Shown here: positions 42,560 through 55,275 of the stretch, in pieces
Position numbering within the stretch: position 1 is the stretch's first letter
Layout: each line of letters begins with the position of its first letter
Position numbers and translations under genes: made by a program
Assembly: GCF_004010195.1 (NCBI RefSeq)
Contig: NC_057719.1
Coordinates: 88,067,352 to 88,131,351 of the forward strand
Direction of reading: 5' to 3'
Length of the DNA: 64,000 nt
Source of the DNA: Chiloscyllium plagiosum
Taxonomy: Eukaryota
The notes under the pieces: model-generated
Seen by the model: only the letters and a program-made list of their open reading frames with translations
What the model was told of the DNA's origin: nothing
Databases searched by the model: none

Positions 42560-43620
42560 TGATATAGAAGGAGGCTTTTCAGCCTATCAAGTCCATACTG
42601 GGTCTCTATTGCAATTCAATCAGTCTAATTTTCTCATAACCCTGCAAGTTTATTTCTTTCAAGAGCATTTCCAATTTCTTTTGAAAAGATTGTCTCTGCT
42701 GTCACCATCCTTGTAAACAGTGAGTTTCAAGTCAGCGCTCGCTGTGTAAAAACATTCCTCATCGCTTCTCCTGCCCTGAGCCTTAAATCTGTGTCCCACA
42801 ATCTTTGTACCACCATAGAGTCATGGAGATGTACAGCATGGAAACAGACCATTTGGTCCAACCCGTCCATGCCGACCAGATAACTCAATCCAATCCAGAC
42901 ACACCTGCCAGCACCCGGCCCAAATCCCTCCAAACCCCTCTTATTCATATACCCATCCAAAGGCCTTTTAAATGTTGTCATTGTACCAGCTTCCACCAAT
43001 TCCTCTGGCAGCTCATTCCATGCATGTCCCACCCTTAGGTGGTGAAAAAGTTGCTCCTTGGGTCTCTTATATATCTTTCCCCTCTCACCCTAAACCTATG
43101 CCCCTTAGTTTTTAGATTAGATTACGTTACAGTGTGGAAACAGGCCCTTCGGCCCAACAAGTCCACACCGACCCGCCGAAGCGAACCCACCCATACCCCT
43201 ACATTTACCCCTTACCTAACACTATGGGCAATTTAGCATGGCCAATTCACCTGACCCTACACATCTTTGGACTGTGGAAGGAAACCGGAGCACCCGGAGG
43301 AAACCCACGCAGACATGGGGAGAACGTGCAAACTCCACACAGTCAGTCGCCTGAGGTGGGAATTGAACCCGGGTCTCTGGCGCTGCGAGGCAACAGTGCT
43401 AACCACTGTGCCACCGTCCCGCTCTCTCTTGGGAGTTCCAGACTCCCAAGAGAGACAGCATTTTTATTTATCTTAATTAGACCACGCAAAATCTTTTACG
43501 CCTCTATCAAGTCTCTCATCAACCGTTTTTACTCCAACCTTTCTGACCTTACTTTGTTGTGAAAATCTCTCATCATTCGAACCATTGTTGCAAGTCTTCT
43601 CTGCATCTCTTCATGAACCC
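42560..43620 (-). mobile_element. Nested CR1 3' fragments plus an HE1 SINE (43112-43417)
   Basis: CR1 tails and a near-consensus HE1 copy with a ttaga tail. Confidence 0.85.
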
Positions 43621-44539
43621 TCCCATTCAATGCATTTGCATTCAATAACTTTATTCTTGAACATCTATACCAGTAAAACTGTGGTCCCAAGTGTGTCTTG
43701 GTGGAGCATTGTATTTCAGACTGGAGGATAATTATTTACCAAGACTCACTGCTTTCTGTCCTTAAGTGAAACTTTTAGTCAACTAACACTATAAGCTTTA
43801 AAATGGAGTTTACATAGTTATGGACTAGTTTGATTCTGTTGAGCTAACCTAATTAAAAGTTTCAGCCCTTTCAAAGTATATAGTTTCAATGCTTCAGGTT
43901 TGACAGGTATATACCATCTAGTAGGATGAGGTCACTGAGTTAGTAAATAATATCAAATTTTGTTCAGCATAATCAAGCAAGGCGCTCAACTGACAATTGA
44001 GAACTCTGAGTACTGTGACAAAAGATAGAAAAGTCATACTTATTGAAATACAAGACAGACTTCGAACTGGATCTAAAATTCTGCCCTTGGACAAGAAGTT
44101 TATTACTTTTTTCAAACAAAACATCTTGTTTTCACACAGAGTAAAATCCCTGACTAACTGTCTCTAACCAGTGCTAAAACCCAGACAGATGTCCCTGACT
44201 AACTGTCCTGACCTCAAGATTCCCCTCTTACAGGGAACCCTGATTAACAGAGATGAGTCAGACACCTTTCAGTTGATTCAAAACCAACCTGTGGCAGGAC
44301 CACACGTCATCAACCCCCTGTTTTTATATTTCATAAACCTTCTTAATAAAACAATGGAGTTGAAACTCCCTCACCTGTCTGGGTTTTAGCATTGTTCAGA
44401 GGCAGTTGGTTTGCTAATAATATGGTAATAGTTAATTGGATCTTTCTATATGTATATGATCTCTCTCCTAAAATAATAGTGTCACAATGAGTTCTTTATA
44501 TTTTGAAAAGCTCAAGTCTACATTGATGCCCTGGGGTTG

Positions 44540-44876
44540 AAGTGTTCCGAGACTTCACCAGTTTCCTCATTTCCCCTTCCCCCACCTTACCGCAGTTCCT
44601 AACTTCCAGCTCAGCACCATCCTCATGACCTGTCCTACTTGCTAATCTCTCTTCCCACCTATCCGCTCCATCCTCCCCTCTGAACTATCACCATCATCCC
44701 CACCTCCATTCACCTATTGTACTCTTTGCTACCTTCTCCCAGCCCCACTGCTCCCCCCACCCCGGAGGCTCCCTGCCTCCATTCCTGATGAAGGGCTTTT
44801 GCCAGAAACGTCGATTTTCCTGTTCCTTGGATGCTGCCTGACCTGCTGTGCTTTTCCAGCACCACCCTAATCTAGA
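44540..44876 (+). mobile_element. Penelope 3' terminal repeat with hammerhead core
   Basis: A C-rich region like 10880-11080, followed by attcCTGATGAagggcttttgccaGAAAcGTC (44785-44812). Confidence 0.85.
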
Positions 44877-45606
44877 CCCCCATGAGTGAGATAACGGTCA
44901 GATCTATTTCTCACCCTATCTGCTCAAGGATAAAATCTGACCATGACACTGGGAGAAGCTCTCTTGCTGGTATTTCAGTAGTGCTGTGGAACTTTCTGCA
45001 TGTGCATGAGAAGATTGCTGAACTTTTATTTTCATGTCTCATCCAAAAGATAACGCCTCCAATGAGTACAGCACTCCCTCAGATCTGACTATATATATAT
45101 GTGATTATGTATGACTAGATATTGTGCTCAGTTCCTTGCCTTCTCAACTGAGGCATGAGTGCTTCCACTGAACCATAGCTAACGCTAGCTCTCTACAATG
45201 CAGATCTATCATCTCTGCTTCCACTATCTCATTAGTTGTGGCTTCAAGCTCATTATTGCTTATTCTGCAGAAAGATTCTTCTGATCTATCACTTGCCCCA
45301 AATCTTACGTATGAGACCCTGGTCCAAGTACTATCAACTAATGGAAATATCTTTGTCTCCCTTATCCAAACCCGCCATAATCTCTTAGACCTCTATCCAC
45401 TCTCCTCTCAACTCCTAAAGAGTAGTCGTATTAGACTCAAAATGCTGCTGCTGCTGCTTCTCCACAGATGCTGTCAGACCTACTGAGTTTCTCTCACAAT
45501 TTCTGTTTTCGCTCCCTTCGACTTCCTTAGCTTCAAGAAGAATGTGGAGCAGGTAGGTGTGATGTTTGGTTGCTGGCCTGTGTTGAGTTACTTTTTTGTC
45601 TTACAG

Positions 45607-45767
45607 GTAATTCTGCTGATTGTTGGATTGCAGCTCAAAGCCTGGCTCTCAACGGTGATGACAGCTACCCTGTAGTCAGCAGAATCATCCAGCATCTCTT
45701 CAATAAACCAGAACCGGAGATTATGAAGCAAGTGTGTCTGATCCTGGGCCCGCTCAGTGAGAGGACA
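45607..45767 (+). CDS. HEATR4: HEATR4 coding exon 7
   Basis: Acceptor ttttttgtcttacag|. Encodes GNSADCWIAAQSLALNGDDSYPVVSRIIQHLF...LSERT. Donor ACA|GTATGT, phase 0. Confidence 0.92.
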
Positions 45768-45847
45768 GTATGTGAGCTGGAATATTATGGTGCACCAAAA
45801 TTCTATCAAACACACTGTACAACTGCCTCCTGTTTTGAACGCACACT

Positions 45848-46102
45848 TAGGGGTGAGGCTGGGGGAGGTGGCAGGGTGTAGGGGTGAGGCTGGGGGAGGT
45901 GGCAGGGTGTAGGGGTGAGGCTGGGGGAGGTGGCAGGGTGTAGGGGTGAGGCTGGGGGAGGTGGCAGGGTGTAGGGGTGAGGCTGGGGGAGGTGGCAGGG
46001 TGTAGGGGTGAGGCTGGGGGAGGTGGCAGGGTGTAGGGGTGAGGCTGGGGGAGGTGGCAGGGTGTAGGGGTGAGGCTGGGGGAGGTGGCAGGGTGTAGGG
46101 GT
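45848..46102 (+). repeat. 31-bp G-rich minisatellite (8 perfect copies plus a partial one)
   Basis: Unit taggggtgaggctgggggaggtggcagggtg. Confidence 0.95.
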
Positions 46103-47714
46103 GTCTGTTCTCAGCTGCCAGTGGGATAGATCTTTGGGTACATGGACTATGGATAGTTCTGACTGTGTTGAAGAATTCACACACATCCTGGTTGTTGGCA
46201 GGTTGCTTTATTTCCTTGAGCTTTCCACCCACCATGTGTTCTTTAGGTTGGTTTGTTTTTTATCATTGGAGTTTGGCCTTCATTTGTCTGTGGATCTGCT
46301 TTCTTTCCCAACTTTTGATAGTATTTCCAATTGCGGAACACTTTGTGTTTGTGATTTAGTCACTCCTGGGCCTCCTAGTCATTCTTGTCAGAGCAGTTTT
46401 GATGTTTCCTGGTAGAGAAACCTCGAGGCTTCTTCTGGGTAACTGTTTATGCTGGAGTTAAGGACAGTCCATACGCTTTAGACATTCTATGGTTCCTCTT
46501 CATTGAGTTTCTCCGGGTTGTTTGTGCAGCACTGACTGTGTAGGTCGTTGTTGACAGAGATTGTGAATCCATTGTTAGTTATTTACCTGAGGCAGTGTTT
46601 CTGATGCTGCTGCTGTTTATTAGGCCACCCTGATCGAGATGGCAGACCGGATTAGGAAATGGTTGGTCCAGCAATGGTCAGCTCCTGTCATGGCACGGGT
46701 GGTGTGCTGTTACTTGTGCTCCCTCAACCTAATGATGACCTGGTCAAGCAGGTATCAATATCTGTTGTTGAGGTCTCTCTGACGAAATCAGGTATTCTAG
46801 ACATTTCATTTGGGGGAACGCCATTGTCTTTATCTTCCCTTTGCCTTCCTCATCAATCCTATCTTTCCAGATGTATGTGTCTCTCTCCCAGCTCTGGCAT
46901 TGAAATCACTGGAGAATCAGCCCATCTTCTTTTGAGACACAGGACAGCAACTGATCAAAGTTGGAGCTGAAATCTTCTTTCGCCCCATCCATTGCTCTTA
47001 GGTTTGGGTGTATGCATTACCAACTGTGTTGGACTATTTCTGGGTTAGGGTGAGCTGAAGGGTCTTGAGGTATTTTTATATCCTATAGGGTGTGGGGAGG
47101 TGGAAAGGACTCACTGAAAGGGTCAACTTGTTGGCTTTTTTATGACAAGACGAATCCCATGTAGTCTTCAGATTTACTTTTCTGGTAAGAGGTGTAACTG
47201 CTACCTTGTTCTTTGAGCTGAACCTTCTCCTGCCCACTGTGTCTCAGTCAGGGCAGCGATGTCAATGATATAAAGTCAGAGATCCTGAGCTGTGTTAGCA
47301 ATACGAGGTTCAGGTTGTCCATGAGAATTCCACTGCCCAAACCTCATTTGCAGAGGGGGGAGGTGCCTGTACATGGGATAGACAGGGCATTTGTAGCACA
47401 ACAACTACCACACAGTCCTGGTGGAGCAAGGTATTTGTTCAGAGACAGGGATACACAATACGAATAGGCACTAACACACTGGGTGCAGCTCCAGCCTCCT
47501 CCTCACTTCTAGAGAGTCCTGTTTAATGCAGAAAAGTGCTGTGTAGGCTTCACAAATAGCCAGTTTGTTTCCTACCCCTGCGCTAATGCCATCTTTTTGT
47601 TCTTACTGTCATGTTTCAAGCTGTGAGCTCTCTCCCCTAACCCTGGGCTATGTCTGACTCTCTCTTCACTTAAGGACAAGTCTTAAATGAGAAACCAAGC
47701 CGGCTAAAAGGGGT

Positions 47715-49705
47715 CATGAAATAGCTTTGGTGAGCAGAATTAAGGAAAATCCCAAAGCATTTTTTCTTATACAAAAAGCAAGCGGGTAACTAGAGAAAGG
47801 ATTGGTCCACTAAAGGATAATGAAGGAAGGCTGTGTGTTGAACCTGAGGGAATGGGTGAGATTCTGAATGATTAATTTGCATCAGTGTTCACTGAGGAGA
47901 GGAACATGATGNNNNNNNNNNNNNNNNNNNNNNNNNNNNNNNNNNNNNNNNNNNNNNNNNNNNNNNNNNNNNNNNNNNNNNNNNNNNNNNNNNNNNNNNN
48001 NNNNNNNNNNNNNNNNNNNNNNNNNNNNNNNNNNNNNNNNNNNNNNNNNNNNNNNNNNNNNNNNNNNNNNNNNNNNNNNNNNNNNNNNNNNNNNNNNNNN
48101 NNNNNNNNNNNNNNNNNNNNNNNNNNNNNNNNNNNNNNNNNNNNNNNNNNNNNNNNNNNNNNNNNNNNNNNNNNNNNNNNNNNNNNNNNTTTGTGGGCGG
48201 CACGGTGGCACAGTGGTTAGCACTGCTGCCTCACAGCGCCAGAGACCCGGGTTCAATTCCCGCCTCAGGCGACTAACTGTGTGGAGTTTGCACGTTCTCC
48301 CCGTGTCTGCGTGGGTTTCCTCCGGGTGCTTCGGTTTCCTCCCACAGTCCAAAGATGTGCAGGGTCAGGTGAATTGGCCATGCTAAATTGCCCATAGTGT
48401 TAGGTAAGGGGTAAATGTATGGGTGGGTTGCGCTTCGGCGGGTCGGTGTGGACTTGTTGGGCCGAAGGGCCTGTTTCCACACTCTAATGTAATGTAATCT
48501 AATCTAAATAAAAAACAGGAGACAGAGAGTAGTAGTTGAAGGGAGCTTCTCGAAATGGAGAAAGGTGACCAGTGGTGTTCCACAGCGGTCAGTGTTGGGG
48601 CCACTGTTGTTTGTGATATACATAAGTGATCTGGAATAGGGCACTGTTGGTATGATCAGCAAGTTTGCAGATGACACAAAAATTGGTGGAGTAGCAGAAA
48701 GCATAAGGGACTGTCAGAGAATACAGGAGGATTTAGATTTAGAAAAGTGACAGATGGTTTTCAATCCAGACAAATGTGAGGTGATGCATTTAGGCAAGAC
48801 TAGTTCTAGAGCGAATTATACAATGAATAGAAGAGCCTTGGGAAAAGTTGATGGGCAGAGAGATCTGGGAGTGCAGGTCCATTGTACCCTGAAGGTTGCT
48901 GCACAGGTGGATAGAGTGGTCAAGAAGGCATATAGTATGCTTGTCTTCATTGGAGGGTATAGAGTATAAGAGCTGGCAAAACATGATAAAATTGTACAAA
49001 ACTTTGGTTCGGCTGCATTTAGAATACATTACCAAAAGGATGTGGACACTTTGGAGAAGTTGAAGAGTAGGTTTACGAGGATGTTGCCTGGTGTGGAAGA
49101 TGCTCGCTATGAAGGAAGGTTGAGTAGGTTAGATTTATTTTCATTAGAAAAAGGGAGATTGAGGGGGGCTGAAAATGTGTTGCTGGAAAAGCGCAGCAGG
49201 TCAGGCAGCATCCAAGGAGCAGGAGAATCGACGTTTCGGGCATGAGCCCTTCTTCAGGAATGAGGAAAGTGTGCCACGCAGGCTAAGATAAAAGGTAGGG
49301 GGGAGGGGCGTTAGGGGGGGACCTGATTGAGGTTTACAAAATCATGAAGGGTGTAGACAGGGTGGATAGAGCCAAGCTTTTTCCCCAGGGTGAAGGATTC
49401 AATAACGAAAGGTTACGCTTTCAAGGTGGAAAGTTTAAGGGGGATACTTGCGGCAAGTACTTCACACAGAGGGTGGTGAGCGTTTGGAACACGTTGCCAG
49501 CAGTGGTGGTAGAGGCAGGGATGGTAGATTCATTTTAAGATGCATCTGGACAGATACATGAGTAGGTGGGGAACAGAGGGATATAAATGCTTAGGAATTG
49601 ACCGACAGGTTTGGACAATAGATTTGGACAATAGATTTGGATCGGCTCAGGCTTGGAGGGCCGAAGGACATGTTCCTGGGCTGTAAGTTTTCTTTGTTCT
49701 TTATT
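47715..49705 (+). mobile_element. CR1 LINE spanning the gap, interrupted by an HE1 SINE (48195-48506, +) and a Penelope-derived element (about 49170-49310, -)
   Basis: IKENPKAFF...FASVFTEE before the gap and RRQRVVV...SKFADD after it. An intact hammerhead core lies on the - strand at 49228-49256. Confidence 0.88.
47912..48189. other. Assembly gap (278 N)
   Basis: N run. Confidence 1.
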
Positions 49706-50310
49706 CCCCACTCTGAAACTACTCTTCAGTTCAATCACAGGTTTCCTCTCTCCCACCTTGCTATTTCACTAATCATAGGTTCTGTCTTTTGAGGATGAAT
49801 AAGAATAGGAGGGACTGAACCTGTGCTCAGAGGAGCAGGCCAACCAGCAGAGGAGAGAACAAACCTGTGGTTGGAGGAGAGTTCCTCGCAGATTCTGCCT
49901 TTCCCAGGCCTACTCCTCCTCAAACTCTACATTATTTTCCTGCACTCACTGAATTGCCTACACTGTTAATTGTTCAGTCACAATGTTAGCTTATGTTTGG
50001 AATGTCCTTTGAGTTCTTCGCTGCCATCTTTGCTACATTTTTGCAGGCCATTTGTAAGGTTCCATGGGTGAATTTGCTTGTTGACCCCCTTATTTGAGGG
50101 GCTCCCAAAGGTGATAAATGATCGGTTAGATAGAGTGAAGCTCCGTCTAGACTGTCCCCAACAAGCACTTCCTGGGCAGTATAGCATGGGTTTAGATATA
50201 AGAGTAAAATTCTGCCCCATCAATCACACTCAAGACAGGTACATTGTATGGAGATTATATACACTATTTCCCCCACACATTTTGTTCACCAAGGTCTAGT
50301 ACACTTCCTG

Positions 50311-50534
50311 CTGAAAATGTGTTGCTGGAAAGGCGCAGCAGGTCAGGCAGCATCCAAGGAGCAGGAGAATCGACGTTTTGGGCATGAGCCCTTCTTCAGG
50401 AACCTGATTCCTGAAGAAGGGCTTATGCCCGAAACGTTGATTCTCCTGCTCCTTGGATGCTGCCTAACCTGCTGCGCTTTTCCAGCAACACATTTTCAGC
50501 TCTGATCTCCAGCATCTGCAGTCCTCACTTTCTC
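50311..50534. mobile_element. Penelope-derived fold-back element with hammerhead core
   Basis: Arms 50311-50402 and 50408-50499. CTGAAGA...GAAAcGTT at 50411-50438. TSD ctagtaca(c/t)ttcctg at 50296-50310 and 50535-50549. Confidence 0.9.
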
Positions 50535-50580
50535 CTAGTACATTTCCTGTTGGTATTTGGTAATCTCTCTGTTTAACCAG

Positions 50581-50685
50581 ACTCTGGCACATTTCATACT
50601 GGCGAAGCATCTGAACAGCCGCAATTGGCAAGAGAAGGTGCTGGCATGCAAGGTCTTCTCCTGTCTGCGTGGTTCACTTAACAAG
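50581..50685 (+). CDS. HEATR4: HEATR4 coding exon 8
   Basis: Acceptor gtttaaccag|. 105 nt encoding TLAHFILAKHLNSRNWQEKVLACKVFS. Donor AAG|GTAGGC, phase 0. Confidence 0.92.
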
Positions 50686-51339
50686 GTAGGCCTATGTTCA
50701 ATTTGTAATGCTAATTGCATATTCTGGCTGCCTTTTGGGGCATGCTTTGAATGGACATTGCTCCCTGTTTGAATTGATCCCATATAACCTCTCAGATGAG
50801 CACAACCCTGAGCATGTATAAGACCAACCTGTAACAGCTGCTGTAACTGAAAATCAATTTGTGAAAAGTCCCCACAATGTAATCTTTTTGTATTTCCTCT
50901 TCAGGCTTCAATCCCTGACTGAGAAGGTGGATTTAGATTTACTGTATGATCCACCTCTGGGCATCTTTTGTACTCTCAACACCAATGTTTTTGACAGGGA
51001 TTTGATCACCTCTTGTAAAATTTGCAAATATCTCGACAGGGTAATCACTCTAACTGTACCACTCATTAGGTTATGTTATAGTGCTGTCTATTCCCCATGT
51101 AGTTGTAAACCAGAACCCTACAGATCACTTGAGTGGCTAGCATCCAGGGATGGCTTGTCTGGATTCGAGTCAGCTCCTAATGCAACACAAAACTGGGTGT
51201 CTTGTAGAGTGGGATCACATCATCATTCACACAGCTCAGCTGGGCAAGGCTAAGATACTCCTATAATTACCAATAAGTGAGGATAGCAGTTGCTGCTGTG
51301 AAAGAGAGGGGAGAGCAAGGAGAGTTGAGGTGGGTAGGT

Positions 51340-52190
51340 GCTAGGGCCCCAGTTCTTTACAATTTATATAAATGATCTGGATGAAGGGACTGAAGGTGTG
51401 TTAACTAAATTTGCTAAAGAGACAAAGAGGACATAAGGAACCTGCAAATGGATATAATTAGGTTCAGTGGGTGGGCAGAGATTTAGTGGATCCAGTATAA
51501 ATGTGGAAAAGTGTGAAATTGTCCATTTTGGCAGAAAGAATGAAAAGCGTTCTGTCTGAATATTGAAATGTTGCAGCGCCCTGAGATGCAGAGAAATCTG
51601 GTTGTCCTTGTGCAAAAAATTCAGAAGATTAGTATACAGGTACAGCAAGTAATCAAGAAAGCTAATAAAAGATTATAGTTTATTTTGAGTGGAATTGAAT
51701 AGAAGAGTAGGAAGGTTATGCTTCAGTTATACAGGGTATTGTTGAGACCACATCTGGAGTACTGCCTACAGCACTGGTCACCATATCTATGGAAGGATAT
51801 TAATGTGTTGGAAGCAGTTCAGCGAAGGTTTACTGGATTAATACAGAGAAAGAGTGGATTGTATCATGAGGAATGATTGACCAGGTGGATGTGGAAAGCA
51901 TGTTCGCTTTTGTGGGAGAATCTAGAACTGGTGTCATAGTTTAAAAATAATTTTCACCCATTTAAAATAGATGAAACATTTTCTCTTAGTGGTTTGTCTT
52001 TGAAATTCCCTTCCTCAAAAGGCAAGATCCTTAAATATTTTTAAGGCAGAGGTACATAGATTCTTGATGACAGAGGAGTTGAAATATCTGGGTATATGCA
52101 AAAATGTACAGTTGACATTAAAATCAGAACAGCCGTGGTCTTATTGAATGTCAGAACAAGCTTGAAGGGCTAAGTGGCCTACCTTGTTCA
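51340..52190 (+). mobile_element. Old CR1 3' fragment
   Basis: INDLDEG..KFA and HLEYC motifs; the 3' UTR ends about 40 nt before coding exon 9. Confidence 0.8.
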
Positions 52191-52231
52191 GATGTAGAAT
52201 AAAATGTTTTGTCAACTTTTTGATGACCCAG

Positions 52232-52350
52232 GATTTAACACGCAAGATTGTGCACTTGATGTGGAATGACTGGAACAGTGACGTCCGACAGGCAGCAACA
52301 CACTCATTGGGAGCCTTGGGTCTGGGGAAGGAAGCCCATGATAAGCTCAG
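52232..52350 (+). CDS. HEATR4: HEATR4 coding exon 9
   Basis: Not in the ORF track. Acceptor gacccag|. Encodes the HEAT repeat DLTRKIVHLMWNDWNSDVRQAATHSLGALGLGKEAHDKLR. Donor AG|GTAAGA, phase 2. Confidence 0.93.
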
Positions 52351-52470
52351 GTAAGACAGAATAATGGAGAAGTCTGGAGCTGTGAAGCAGGTCCTTGACT
52401 GTTTCAGTAGGCAAAGGGCCAGTCTACGTAGCCTGTCCAACAAGCTATGACTTTGACTTCCATCTCTCCT

Positions 52471-52694
52471 AGGTAAAAACAATGACTGCAGATGCTGGAA
52501 ACCAGATTCTAGATTAGTGGTGCTGGAAAAGCACAGCAGTTCAGGCAGCTTCCGAGGAGCAGTAAAATCAATGTTTCGGGCAAAAGCCCTTCATCAGGTA
52601 TTCCTGATGAAGGGCTTTTGCCCAAAACGTTGATTTTACTATTCCTCAGATGCTGCCTGAACTGCTGTGCTTTTCCAGCACCACTAATCCAGAA
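52471..52694. mobile_element. Penelope-derived fold-back element
   Basis: Inverted arms meet at caggtattcctg. 13-bp TSD ttccatctctcct at 52458-52470 and 52695-52707. Confidence 0.9.
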
Positions 52695-52872
52695 TTCCAT
52701 CTCTCCTGTCATTGCTTCACTCCACAGTAAGTCTTGAGTCTCTATCAATGCCCAAGCGTCTGAACCAGTGTATCACAAGCTTGGGCCTTCTGCAGATTCC
52801 TTTTTCAGTTGGTGGCACAAGTAATCCTACATCACACATAATTTGGAGAGATTCATGTTGCCCAATATTGTA

Positions 52873-53203
52873 TTAGATTCCCTACAGTATGGAAACTAGC
52901 CATTTGGTCCAACAAGTCCACACTGACCCTCCAAAGAGTAACCCACCCAGACCCATTCCCCTACCCTGTATTTACTCTTTACTCATGCACCTAACACTAT
53001 GGACAACTTAGCATGACCAGTTCACCTGACCTGCACATCTTTGCATCTTTGGATTGTGGGAGGAAACCAGAGCACCCGGAGGAAACCTACGCAGACACGG
53101 GAAGAATGTGCAAGCTCCATACAGACTGTTGCCTGAGGCAGGAATTGAACTCGGGTCCTTGGCACTGTGAGGCAGCAGTGCTAACCACTGAGCCACCATG
53201 CCC
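52873..53203 (-). mobile_element. HE1-like SINE
   Basis: HE1 body and tRNA-like head on the reverse strand. Confidence 0.88.
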
Positions 53204-54659
53204 ATAGTGTAACCCCAGAAAACCTAACAGTGACTCTCCTTGGATACAGGAATTGGATGATGCTGCTTGACTTCTCCTTTGAATTGCTACCATCCAGAGG
53301 GCAAAATTCAGGTCGTAAATGAAGACTTGCTTTTAAATTGCACTAGAATTCTTCTGTTAAAAAGGTCACTAGATCTTTATGGCTCACCAGGTAGCCTCTG
53401 CCACATGTAAGGGAGGTCTATGATGTGTTGATAATCCTTCCATCCTTTCCTCTATTTCAATTTCAAACACCATCCCAGCCATTTCTCACTAACTTATCAG
53501 TGAAGGGAGGAGCTGCTGAGGGACCCGACTGAGGAGGTCCGATTATGAGCTGTTGCTTACATTCATCTAGCATGTTTCATAATCTCAGGACATTGTGAAG
53601 CTGTTTGTCAGTAATTTTGTTCTTATGAAGTATGGTTAATGCTGTAATATACTATGCATGGTAACCAATGCATAGAACATAGAACATAGCGCAGTACAGG
53701 CCCTTCGGCCCTCAATGTTGCGCCGATCCAAGCCCACCCAACCTACACTAGCCCACTATCCTCCATATGCCTATCCAATGCCCGCTAAAATGCCCATAAT
53801 GAGGGAGAGTCCACCACTGCTATTGGCAGGGCATTCCATGAACTCACGACTCGCTGAGTAAAGAACCTACCCCTAACATCTGTCCTATACCTACCCCCCC
53901 TTAATTTAAAGCTATGCCCCCTTGCCAGAAGATAGAAAGGATCAAAGCTTGAACTTCAGAGTTGTTGGATATCAGAATCATTTCCAGGACAGGAGATGGT
54001 TATTTAAACTTTTGCATGCCAAAATAATTGGGATCAATGCCTTTGCAGGGAAGTTGAAAAAGATTTAATCAAAATTGGAAGGGAGTGGGTTCCAACATAT
54101 AGAAATAGAAAAGATGTATAAAGGAGTGAAAGTATTGACTAGCACTAGATTAAAGAAGGAAGTAGCAGGTTAAGGCCAACAAGGAACATAAGACATTCCT
54201 AACCTGTGTCTATGTAAACACACAAAAATGTGTTATAAATAAAGTTTGTGAGCTGAAAGCACAAACAATCATGTGGAAACAGCATGTTGTGGCAAACCAA
54301 ATAACAGAACATTGCTTAAAAAGTGGTGGGCTTAACAAGACAGATTATGATGGAATAAGCTAATTGCATTTTGTTTTGATGGCACAACAGAGAAAGCTGT
54401 TGAACTGAATTTAATGCAAACTGTCTACATGAATTTTAATAAAATGTTTGATTAAGTACCAATAAAGGACTGGTTTCCAAAATTAAGCCTCGAGCAGTTG
54501 GAAGATAAGTGACAGCTTGCAGTGAAAACCTGGTTTAAGGACAGAAAATGGAGAACTTCATCTCATTTTCCACTTGGTGACCTTGTAGCTTCTAGGACTC
54601 AACACCAAGTCAAATAACTTTAGAGCTTGATTTCATTCTTTCATGTTTTTTACCCACTT

Positions 54660-55020
54660 TACACCTGGTCCTGTTATGATTATGGGTTGTTTTTCACACA
54701 GTCACCCATTCTTACCTACTCTTAGCTCTAATTATAATCTATTCCGCTTTACTTCTGTCCAGGCTTGCAATACATGATCTGCTTGTTTACCTACCTCTTT
54801 CTTTCTGGGCTCCAACTTTTCCTATCCAATCACCTCTCCACTCCCCCACAACCTCATTTTCAGTGTAATTATTTATTTTTCCTAATTGCTTAACAGTTCT
54901 GATGAAAAGTCACCAGACTCTAAACGTTAACACTGCTTTCATTCCACAGATGATGCCAGACTGCTGAATTTTGCCAGAAAAATCTTTTGTTGCAGATCTC
55001 CAGTATCCGCAGCTCTTTGT
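54660..55020 (+). mobile_element. Penelope terminal repeat, third subfamily (GUU-type hammerhead); relative at 21255-21355
   Basis: cagtt-CTGATGA-aa-agtc-acca-gact-c-taaa-cGTT-aac, then a cacagatgatgccagactgctg tail. Confidence 0.7.
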
Positions 55021-55192
55021 TTTATTTCGAGGCATCTGAGGTGCTGTGAGCCATCAGCAGCAGCATTGTATTCAGCCACATGTGGCCCCGTGACCCAGTG
55101 TATCCCACTCTTGCCATTACTGTCAAGCTGGGAGATCAACCCTGGTACTAAATAAAGAATGCAGATTGGCGTTCCCAGAGCAGCATTAAGTA

Positions 55193-55275
55193 CAGAGGAA
55201 CCTCGGTTATCCAGCATTCGATTAACTGAACAAAATACTCCCGCCTGAGTCCTTTGGATAATCGAGGTTCCTCTT
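55193..55275. mobile_element. 83-bp Tc1/mariner-pogo-type MITE
   Basis: TIRs cagaggaacctcggttatcca and tggataatcgaggttcctctt, flanked by TA (55191-55192, 55276-55277). Confidence 0.8.

Noticed and set aside
48195..48270. tRNA-like sequence with A and B boxes (also in other HE1 copies)
   Set aside because: It is the SINE head, continuous with the HE1 body, not a tRNA gene.
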